Positions 16,439 to 23,908 of a stretch of DNA of 35,242 bases are shown in pieces (the stretch's first letter is position 1; each line of letters opens with the position of its first letter). A model generated the notes under the pieces. The model saw only the letters and a list, made by a program, of their open reading frames with translations, was not told where the DNA came from and did not search any database. Source of the stretch: Phycisphaerae bacterium (lineage in GTDB: Bacteria > Planctomycetota > Phycisphaerae > UBA1845); contig JBHHXS010000001.1 in the NCBI GenBank assembly GCA_046757145.1, positions 1 through 35,242 on the forward strand, in the 5' to 3' direction. A program made the translations under genes and the position numbers.

Positions 16439-17949
16439 TTTTGAAGCCCCTCCCAGACAGTCTCCGCTCCGAGTATCTCGCTGACAGCCAGAAGACCTGA
16501 GATTAGCACTCCCAGCAGTCCCGGCGCCAAGACGCTCTGCCCGGCCAGGTACAGGCCGCTGAGAGGAGTCCGCGCCATCAACCCTGCTTGTGCAACGCTC
16601 TGCTTCATGCCATAGGCCGACCCGCCCACAGTACCGGTGTAGGACTCGTATGTGCAGGGTGTCGCTGAGTCCAGCACGCGGCATTTGCCACGGAGCTCGG
16701 GAAAGCGAAGGTAAAATGCCTCGACGGTCTTTTCGGTCGCCCGATGCTTCATGTACTCATAGGTCTTGTCGCGAGCCCACGCACCGCCGACGTGGTTGGT
16801 GGGCACTCCAGCGTCCGCGGCGCCGCAGCCGCCTCGCATGGACTTACCAACGCCGGAGCCCGCGCTCTGCACCGAGATGACGGCAAGACTCTTGGGTTCG
16901 AGTCCATTGCCGCCGTCACCGCACGCCGGAACCACGTAGATAGCTCGCGCTCCGGCGGGCTCGCATGGGGCGTCGATGAAGTAACGGTTGCTGCGCCCGA
17001 GCTCTTTGGGAGTGTCGTCAAGACCTAGATAGACGGTGAACAGACCCGGCGTGTTCTCCTGCCAACGCACGCGAGTCATAAACGATTTGCGAATCGACTG
17101 GGCCGGGAGCAGTTCCGCCAACCGGTGAGGATGCACGGTACAGACGCAGGCCTCGCACCGCAATTGGCCACCACCATCCAGTTGCACACCGCAAACACGA
17201 CGATGTCGATCGACGACAAGTCGAGAAGCCCGTTGTCCGCTGTAGATCGCGGCGCCGGCTTCATTGATCCGACGCTTAAAGGCATCCACAACCTCGTCAC
17301 CGCCTCGCGCAAATGTGTGTGCGGAGAAGAAGAATGAGCCGAGCACCATCGCGTGAACCATCATCGGACATTCGTCGCCGTGCATGCCGTACAGGCAGAA
17401 CCCATACTCGCTGAGCATGTCCTGGAGCGCTTCTTCCGCGCCATATGTTGCCAGCGACGTAGCCAAGCTCTCCGTCGGTGTGTGCATGTGCGAGCGGAGT
17501 AGGCTGGCGGGATGGTCGAACCCCAGGAACGGCGTCTCCCGGTGCACGGCTTGCACAGCATCCAGATAGGCTTTGATCGCCCGCTCACTACGCGGGTAAT
17601 GGCGAATCAGCGTTTCTTGCACGCGGAGCGGCCCGACGGGAAACCGTATGGGCTCCGCATCACCCACCTGGACGATGTCGTAGGCGTCCCGGTCCAATGG
17701 CAAGGGTTCAACGAGGGTATCAAGGGCAAGATAGCGGAAGATCACCGCGAGCGGGCCGGACGGGGACAGCCCACCTACATAGTGCAAACCCGGGTCGCAC
17801 CACCATCCGTCGCGACAGAAGCGGCGCAGGAGCGGGGCCAGCTCGTCATCCTGTTCCACGAGAGCTACACGCTGACCGTGCCGTGCAAGTGCCAACGCCG
17901 TGCACATGCCGCTGGCTCCGGACCCTATTACCACCGTGTCATACGTCAT
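16429..17949 (-). CDS. NAD(P)/FAD-dependent oxidoreductase of the phytoene desaturase (CrtI/CrtD-like) family
   Basis: Start set at ATG 17949 (ATGA overlap with the KS-A stop). Dinucleotide fold YDTVVIGSGASGMCTALALARHGQRVALVEQ. The ~500 aa length and the C-terminal GLYLAGQSVLAPGLLG are typical of CrtI-type flavoenzymes. Confidence 0.8.
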   Translation of the reverse strand: MTYDTVVIGSGASGMCTALALARHGQRVALVEQDDELAPLLRRFCRDGWWCDPGLHYVGGLSPSGPLAVIFRYLALDTLVEPLPLDRDAYDIVQVGDAEPIRFPVGPLRVQETLIRHYPRSERAIKAYLDAVQAVHRETPFLGFDHPASLLRSHMHTPTESLATSLATYGAEEALQDMLSEYGFCLYGMHGDECPMMVHAMVLGSFFFSAHTFARGGDEVVDAFKRRINEAGAAIYSGQRASRLVVDRHRRVCGVQLDGGGQLRCEACVCTVHPHRLAELLPAQSIRKSFMTRVRWQENTPGLFTVYLGLDDTPKELGRSNRYFIDAPCEPAGARAIYVVPACGDGGNGLEPKSLAVISVQSAGSGVGKSMRGGCGAADAGVPTNHVGGAWARDKTYEYMKHRATEKTVEAFYLRFPELRGKCRVLDSATPCTYESYTGTVGGSAYGMKQSVAQAGLMARTPLSGLYLAGQSVLAPGLLGVLISGLLAVSEILGAETVWEGLQKCR

Positions 17950-19178
17950 AGTTCGTTGCCCGCCGAGTCCATGCGAATGAGGATGCAGGAGTTCGTACCG
18001 CCGAACCCCGCCGAGTTGCAAAGTGTGTGACGCGGCGCACGGTCGATCGTCTCCGCTGCGATACGGACCTTAGCCGCCTCGTCCTCCTGGCGTGTGAAGT
18101 TGATGTTGGGCGCTATGAACCGCGCTTGCCCCATTATTGCCGTATACACGACCTGCGCCGCCCCGGCCATCCACATCTCGTGTCCGGTCATCGACTTGAC
18201 CGACGAGACCCACGGTCCCGGCCTGCCGAACACCGAGGCGATCGCCCGCGCCTCCGCGGCGTCGCCGAGCGGTGTGGACGTCCCGTGCGCACAAACGTAG
18301 TCGACGTCGTCCGCCCTGACACCTCCACGCCCGAGGCAATCCTCCATGCAACGCCGCAGCCCTTCCCCGGTGGGAACGGCTAAGTCACGCCCGTCGGCGG
18401 AGAAGCTGTAGCTAAGCACATGCCCGAGTACCACGACTCCGCGTGCGCGGGCCGAGTCCGCACGCTCCAGCGCCACAACGGCAGCGCCACCGCTGGGAAC
18501 CAACCCATCACGCGCCGCGTCAAAGGGGCGCGAAGCCTCCTCGGGAGACTCCTCACGCACCGAGAAGGCGTTCGTCGCATCGAAACTGGCAACTGACTCC
18601 CAGTTGATCTCCTGTACTCCGCCACAGAGCATGCGGTCCTGACGCCCGCAGGCGATCAAGTCGGCAGCCTGTCCCACCGCATGCCCGCCGCTGGCGCACG
18701 CGCCGCTAACAGTCCAGCAGGCGCCCAGATTACCCAGGATCGCGTTTAGGTTCATAGTCACCGTGGAATTCAGTGATTGAAATACCTGACTGGCACCAAG
18801 CGAGAAGGTGCTCTGCTCCTGTTTGACGGTCTCTATTTGCCTGGCGTTAGCTGCGGTACTGGTGTCGTTGCCGAGTATAAGACCGGTCGCCGGGCTTCGC
18901 ACATCTCCATCGCTCCACCCCGCCATTTCGATCGCCTGGAGCGCTGCTCCATAGGCCTGTAGGCCGAAGTCGGTAGTAGTCCGTCGCAGCTTGCGGTCCA
19001 AAGGCGGCGGAGTGAAATCACTGATGCAGCCGGTAAGTACCCCCCGGAATCCGAGCTCCTTGCGTTTGGCATCGACGCGCACTCCGGATCGCCCCAAGCG
19101 CAGCGACTCCGTCACTTTGCGCACGCCTGTCCCCAAGCACGAGACGATGCCTATCCCGGTGATAGCTACCTCGTGCAT
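17946..19178 (-). CDS. beta-ketoacyl-ACP synthase I/II-like ketosynthase (KS-A), first gene of the cluster
   Basis: Start set at ATG 19178 (MHEVAITGIGIVSCLGTG). Triad motifs VSGACASGGHAVG, VCAHGTSTPLGD and MTGHEMWMAGAAQ. ORF-track start 19301 adds a junk-like 41-aa extension. Confidence 0.9.
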   Translation of the reverse strand: MHEVAITGIGIVSCLGTGVRKVTESLRLGRSGVRVDAKRKELGFRGVLTGCISDFTPPPLDRKLRRTTTDFGLQAYGAALQAIEMAGWSDGDVRSPATGLILGNDTSTAANARQIETVKQEQSTFSLGASQVFQSLNSTVTMNLNAILGNLGACWTVSGACASGGHAVGQAADLIACGRQDRMLCGGVQEINWESVASFDATNAFSVREESPEEASRPFDAARDGLVPSGGAAVVALERADSARARGVVVLGHVLSYSFSADGRDLAVPTGEGLRRCMEDCLGRGGVRADDVDYVCAHGTSTPLGDAAEARAIASVFGRPGPWVSSVKSMTGHEMWMAGAAQVVYTAIMGQARFIAPNINFTRQEDEAAKVRIAAETIDRAPRHTLCNSAGFGGTNSCILIRMDSAGNEL

Positions 19179-19321
19179 GAACCAGCCCCTGCCCACGCCT
19201 TCGAGCGTACGACGCGGCTTACTGAAGCTCAGGGTTAAGTCGTAAGGGGTGCGGCACGGACGTTCGATCCGGGTGTTTTGCCTCCGCAACTCTCGGCCCA
19301 CGAGCGCTGGCGAGCGAGTCG

Positions 19322-19930
19322 CTAGAAATCGTCCTCATCGAACGGAGGGCGGATGGTACGACCGTTGTCATCAAAGTGGACGTACTTGGTCCTGAACCGA
19401 TTGTCCCAGTATAGCCACTGGTTGGCATCAAGTGACGGAGTGCGGTGTTCAGGTGGATATCCCCTGCACGTCAAGACCGCCTTCTTGCCCATGCCGACGA
19501 TCAGCTTCCCCTTCTTAATCGCGTCAATCTCCTTCTCAGAAAACCCCTTCGTGAGCTCCTCGAAGGATTCATTGGTCACCATACGTCGCATGAACTCCTC
19601 AGGGGTCAGGCCGGGGTGGAACTTCTTCCGGAAATGTATTACGTACCGACCTTGTCCTTGGGACGTGGTGAACGATATAAGCGGCTTGCCACGCCTGCTG
19701 CCGAGTTCTATGGACGCCAGCTCCGTCCCAGCTGGGATCATGACGCCGCGTCTGTAGTTGACGCACGAGATGTTCTCCGGCTTCTCATACCATAGATTGT
19801 AGGCTGTGTAGATCTTAGCTCCGCCTGCGGGCTTAGCCTGTGCCTCCGGCTGTGATTGTTCCTGCCCGGGGGATCGAGCCGACGACATCAAGACAACCAA
19901 CAGCAACGTGGTAGGTATACGGCTTACCAT
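19322..19930 (-). CDS. secreted protein of unknown function (signal peptide; C-terminal BamE/SmpA-OmlA-like segment, tentative)
   Basis: ATG 19930 is preceded by GGAGGG 8 nt upstream. Signal-like MVSRIPTTLLLVVLMSSARSPG. C-terminal GKLIVGMGKKAVLTCRGYPPEHRTPSLDANQWLYW resembles BamE-type folds. Visibly lower GC than its neighbours. Confidence 0.7.
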   Translation of the reverse strand: MVSRIPTTLLLVVLMSSARSPGQEQSQPEAQAKPAGGAKIYTAYNLWYEKPENISCVNYRRGVMIPAGTELASIELGSRRGKPLISFTTSQGQGRYVIHFRKKFHPGLTPEEFMRRMVTNESFEELTKGFSEKEIDAIKKGKLIVGMGKKAVLTCRGYPPEHRTPSLDANQWLYWDNRFRTKYVHFDDNGRTIRPPFDEDDF

Positions 19931-20803
19931 AATGCGAGCCCTCCACACGTCACAAGATAACCCACGCCGAATCATGACATCGACAACAGGCGCCGACGCC
20001 AGTTTCAGCTACCAGCGCACGGGTGTCAAGCTGCAGGGAGCGTTGAGCGCGCATGGCCGCCGCAGAATCGCAAACGGATGATCAATCGCTCAACCCGCTC
20101 GCCGGCGCGAGCGAGGGAGTCTTTACTTAGCGAATCACCCAAGCCGTGCTCCGCTTCGGCGAACAGCTCTGACGGACTGAGCAACAACCGCACAGAGAGC
20201 TGGCCCGGCCACTCGTAAAGCTCTCCGCGAAACCGCGGGCGCTGCACGGTCCGTTGCAGTTCAGGCACACTTCATGTTGCGGTGACCGCTGTCGGTCGTC
20301 CGTATCTGGACGGGCAACGAGCAGAGGGCGCCCGACCGGTAACGGAGTCCGCTCCGGCACTCGGGCAGGGCGACCGGACGGGTCTCTGAGTCGGCAGGCG
20401 ACACACCTGGTGCCGGGAGGCTTGCCCAGTTTTCCGGACCTCAACTTGTCTGCGCGCTCTCGTGTCCGGTCGCGGCTCTTCGGTGCGCCGTTGGACCTTA
20501 ATCGGGTTCATCATACCTTGCGCCCCGTTGAAGCAGGTGACCATTGTTGCTAAAGTATTGTAGAAAGTCGCTCTACGGGGGGTGCGCAGGCTAGGAGGCC
20601 CGGGAGGAGCACCTGCATAGAGACAGACCACGATATTTGGAGCAGCACGCGCTCGACCAGGCAACGTGCGGTTGATCGCAGCATGATGACAGTGTGCTGT
20701 AGCGGGGGAGAGATCCAGCGCGCAGCTGTCCGGCGAGGGGAGAGGTGCGCCATAGGCGACGGCGCCCCCGCCTGCAACTTGAAAGCTGGTGTGAAAGAAT
20801 CCT

Positions 20804-23611
20804 ATGCGTAGGGGTGTCTTGCGCTTGTCGGATCGCGGCGCAGCGGCGGCGGCCGCTGCCCTTCTACTGTGCAGCGCACTGCTCACGGTAGCAGTTCCGG
20901 TGTGGGCGGACCCGAGCGGCGCGTCGGCTTTCCCCATGTCGGGACCCGGCCCCTCAACCGGCGTCTTCTGTTCAAGTGACGCCGACTGTGATGATGCCCT
21001 ACCGTGCACCTCGGATGCTTGCGTCGACCACTCTTGTGTCCATGTGCCTATTGTGGACTGCGTACCGTGTGATCCGGTTGCCTGTCCGTTCCCTCAGGGC
21101 ATATCGGCCCACGAGTCGTGGGGGCCGGCGACCGCGATTGTCGCTGAGCGATTCCCGTGGACCGCCGGCGCCGTGCGACTTATCGTTCCAATCGGTGACG
21201 AAGGCCCCTGCAACGGCAACTTCCCGGACGGATGCGACGTGGAAGGCGACGACGGTGAGTCCATCACCAATGCCATCGCGATAGCAAAGCGACATGATGT
21301 GATTGTCTCCCCCATCGCCGGGACGAATTCCAACAGTTGCGTGATCTCGCTTACTGCCCAGCTCGCTGCGGAGACGGGGGGGGTGACGTATATGCTGCAG
21401 AACGCGCTCACGGAACTCAGCGGCGCTATTGATAATGCTTTGAATGATGCGTGCCCCGCGTGCAAGCTCGTCGATCTCGTTGTCGTAATGGACACGTCCG
21501 GGTCGATGGGCGATGAGGCAGTAGCCTTATGTTCGAACACGGCGCAGATCATCGCTGGCCTGCGCGACGCGGGTGTTACCGTGAACATGACACTGCTGGG
21601 CATAACGGAGAACCCCGGCGGCCTCTTCTCCTGCATCAGCGACAACGTGCTTGAGCGACTGGGAGGAGAAGTTACCAGCGCCTGCGATGATCTGAACCCG
21701 TGCACGGGGAATGACAGTTGCACGGGGCACGTATGCGCGGGCGCTGAACTCCGCGACTGCATCAAGTGCGACTGGGACGTGGAATGCGGCGATGCCGACC
21801 AGTGCACGGATGATTTCTGCGGTGACCAGGGCGTGTGCACCTCCGTTCCCAACTTCGACGACACGGTCTACTGCTGTAACCCGGCCACGCGGGAACTTAC
21901 GCAGCTCGACGACGGCGACCCCTGCACCGACGACATATGTGATCCCGCGACGGGCAGCGTTGGTCACCCACCGGCGGCCGTCGGCACATCCTGCGACGAC
22001 AAGGAAGTGTGCACAGCCAACGATACCTGCGACGGGAGCGGCGCGTGCCTGGGAACGGACCTTACGCTGATCCCTTGCACTTCGGACGCGGATTGCTTCG
22101 AGTCTGTCTGTGATGAAACGACTGGACTATGTGAATGCCTCGACCAGCCTACGCTGTGCCTCACCGCGGATCGGAGCGACTGCTATGCGGAAGGCGACAT
22201 CGTACAGATCAACGTCGAGCTTGGATACGGTCTACATGTGATTTCCGGTGGGCAGTTCTCGGTTTCGTATGACCCATCGGTGCTCAAGTACGTCTCCTTG
22301 GCCCCGGGCAGCACGGTCACCGTCGAGGATCCGTTCGTCGAGTCTCCTTTCGGTATAGAAATCCATCGCATCGTGGACGAGGTTGCAGGGACGATCTTTT
22401 ATGCCGTCGGGGTCGATTTCCGTGCCAAGCTGCAAGGCACTCGGGGGCCCACGGTAATGGCAGTGATGCGCTTCCGCGCGCTCACCCCCTGCAGCAGTAG
22501 TGACGTCTGTTTCTTCGATGACCCGCCGCGGACCACACTGTTAACCGACGACAAGGGGTCGCGGGTTTTTCACGTACCCTGTTGTGCCGATGGCGTCTCG
22601 GTCAGCGGGCCGCCACTCGAGCTCAACGCCCCGGAGAGCCTCGTAGTCGACGCCGACGCGGGCACGCTCTCCAGCGACGTCACGTGGGATCCGGTGACTT
22701 CGTCTGGCGGATGCAACGATCAGGTTGAGCTTACCTGCACCGCGACGCATAGCGATGACATCTCGATCGACCATCTTATCGCCCACGGTGGGCGGTTCGC
22801 CGCGGGCGAGTCACGGTTTGAGTGTGTAGCGAATGACCTTAACTGCGCCGGCGCAGCTGCAGCATCTTGGACAGTCACGGTGCGCGAGGTGAACCAGGTG
22901 GATCTAGACGTTCAACTGGCGCCTACCGTGTCCACCGGTCCGCTCGAGCGCTGCATTGAGTTTGAGTTCTTCAGGAACTGCCTTGAGGAATCAGTCGCGG
23001 CAAGCAGACAGGTGAGCTTCGGTCGCCCCTTCAACCTACCTGGCCACACGCGTCACGTGGGGATCAGCCTGCCGGCAGGCCAGTACGGCTGTGTGACCGC
23101 GTGGGACCCTGTACACACGCTCCGATCCGCCGCCGGCTTGGAGATATCGGGCTCGTCGTTCGTGGCCGGTTTTGGGGATGACCCGCTGTTCGGAGGCAAC
23201 TGGCTGATTGGGGGCAACCTCGACGGCAGCAGGGCCATCGACGTGATCGACATAGGGATCTGGTACGTTCAGAACGGTACCGTTGTTGATCCTAACACGA
23301 CTTGTGACTTCGCTGCCTTGCATGCTGATATTAACGGCGATGGCATCGTCGATGCCCTAGATAGGGTGTTCATCGATCAGAACTGGCTTACAGCCGAAAC
23401 CGACACCTGCTGTGCCGACACCTCCGATCCCGCTCAGGTTACACCAGTCACCGAGATCTCCATTAGAGATCTGAAGCGGATGGGCCTGGGAGATTTGAGC
23501 GATGCGGATATCAATCGCGACGGGCTGCTGAACCTCGCGGATGTTGCCCTCATCCGCCAGGGACTTCAACCGACGCCCCCGAAGGGGGTTCGTCTGCGGG
23601 ACGCACAGTAG
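20804..23611 (+). CDS. large secreted multidomain protein: Cys-rich repeats, VWA-like (MIDAS DxSGS), cohesin-like, HYR-like, C-terminal dockerin-like pair
   Basis: Signal peptide AAAAAALLLCSALLTVAVPVWA. At least 6 repeats of the type CDDLNPCTGNDSCTGHVCAG or DDGDPCTDDICDPATG. VVVMDTSGSMGDE (DTSGS at 21491-21505). Cohesin-like GDIVQINVEL…SGGQFSVSYDPSVLKYVSLAPGS. HYR-like APESLVVDADAGTLSSDVTWDPV…GESRFECVANDL. Dockerin-like DINGDGIVDALDRVFIDQN and DINRDGLLNLADVALIRQG. Confidence 0.9.
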   Translation: MRRGVLRLSDRGAAAAAAALLLCSALLTVAVPVWADPSGASAFPMSGPGPSTGVFCSSDADCDDALPCTSDACVDHSCVHVPIVDCVPCDPVACPFPQGISAHESWGPATAIVAERFPWTAGAVRLIVPIGDEGPCNGNFPDGCDVEGDDGESITNAIAIAKRHDVIVSPIAGTNSNSCVISLTAQLAAETGGVTYMLQNALTELSGAIDNALNDACPACKLVDLVVVMDTSGSMGDEAVALCSNTAQIIAGLRDAGVTVNMTLLGITENPGGLFSCISDNVLERLGGEVTSACDDLNPCTGNDSCTGHVCAGAELRDCIKCDWDVECGDADQCTDDFCGDQGVCTSVPNFDDTVYCCNPATRELTQLDDGDPCTDDICDPATGSVGHPPAAVGTSCDDKEVCTANDTCDGSGACLGTDLTLIPCTSDADCFESVCDETTGLCECLDQPTLCLTADRSDCYAEGDIVQINVELGYGLHVISGGQFSVSYDPSVLKYVSLAPGSTVTVEDPFVESPFGIEIHRIVDEVAGTIFYAVGVDFRAKLQGTRGPTVMAVMRFRALTPCSSSDVCFFDDPPRTTLLTDDKGSRVFHVPCCADGVSVSGPPLELNAPESLVVDADAGTLSSDVTWDPVTSSGGCNDQVELTCTATHSDDISIDHLIAHGGRFAAGESRFECVANDLNCAGAAAASWTVTVREVNQVDLDVQLAPTVSTGPLERCIEFEFFRNCLEESVAASRQVSFGRPFNLPGHTRHVGISLPAGQYGCVTAWDPVHTLRSAAGLEISGSSFVAGFGDDPLFGGNWLIGGNLDGSRAIDVIDIGIWYVQNGTVVDPNTTCDFAALHADINGDGIVDALDRVFIDQNWLTAETDTCCADTSDPAQVTPVTEISIRDLKRMGLGDLSDADINRDGLLNLADVALIRQGLQPTPPKGVRLRDAQ

Positions 23612-23770
23612 CCTGGCTCTGCCGCTTGACCGTCTTACCCCAACGCAACGCAAAGTCGATTCGTCCGGACGTCGCTCCCCCTGTCACGCGGTGCTCTGCA
23701 CACCACACCCCCGCTGCCGCGCGCATGCGTACCCTCCCACGCAGTCCGGTACATCCCGAATGCCGCGGAG

Positions 23771-23798
23771 TTGATCCCGCGTGTGGGGCTGGTACAGT
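23771..23798 (+). promoter_or_regulatory. possible sigma70-type promoter for tRNA-Sec (TTGATC-N16-TACAGT)
   Basis: TTGATC at 23771-23776 and TACAGT at 23793-23798. The predicted start would be ~7-10 nt upstream of the mature tRNA 5' end. Based on motif reading only. Confidence 0.35.
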
Positions 23799-23812
23799 CT
23801 TATGCCGTCCAA

Positions 23813-23908
23813 GGGGGTGTCAGGACGCCTGGTGGGTCCCGCGGCCTTCAAAGCCGTTGAGGCGTCGTTCACGCGGCGCCTGGTGGGTTCGATTCCCATC
23901 CACTCCCG
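23813..23908 (+). tRNA. selC: tRNA-Sec (selenocysteine tRNA, anticodon UCA), CCA not encoded
   Basis: Hand-folded 96-nt cloverleaf. Acceptor GGGGGTG (23813-23819) pairs with CACTCCC (23901-23907), with one G-U. D arm is a 6-bp stem (one bulge) with 4-nt loop TGGT (23823-23839). Anticodon arm is GCGGC/CTTCAAA/GCCGT, with TCA at 23848-23850; the loop is identical to E. coli selC. Long variable arm has a 7-bp stem (23861-23880). T arm is GTGGG TTCGATT CCCAT, extendable by G23882-C23900. Acceptor plus T helix totals 13 bp. Discriminator is G23908. Confidence 0.8.

Noticed and set aside
19255-19275. GTTCGATCC T-loop-like word on the plus strand in the 19179-19321 spacer, considered as a tRNA
   Set aside because: Only a 4-bp stem flanks it, and no complementary acceptor, D or anticodon arms can be drawn within 100 nt.
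15200-19301. N-terminal extensions of ORF-track models (16684, 18021 and 19301; also 4833, 7043, 13263 and 19975 elsewhere)
   Set aside because: The extensions overlap the upstream gene and are junk-like. Internal starts give canonical N-termini (e.g. KVVITGVG, VVIGSGASG) and classic ATGA/short overlaps.
20026-20268. 80-aa minus-strand ORF just upstream of the cluster containing GLGDSLS, considered as the missing acyl carrier protein
   Set aside because: Net basic (about 12 Arg/Lys vs 10 Asp/Glu), whereas ACPs are strongly acidic. The residues after DSL (SKDSLARAG) lack the hydrophobic helix-II pattern (DSLxxVEL). The C-terminus is Arg-rich and junk-like. It has a GTG start and no SD. An HMM (PP-binding) search would settle it.
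20391-20411. CCAGG-N7-CCTGCC (minus strand), considered as a cobalamin riboswitch B12 box upstream of the B12-rSAM cluster
   Set aside because: The spacing differs from the consensus (CCAGGAGACCTGCC). The GCCACTG core and GGGAA/GGTG elements are not found nearby. It cannot be supported without a covariance-model scan.
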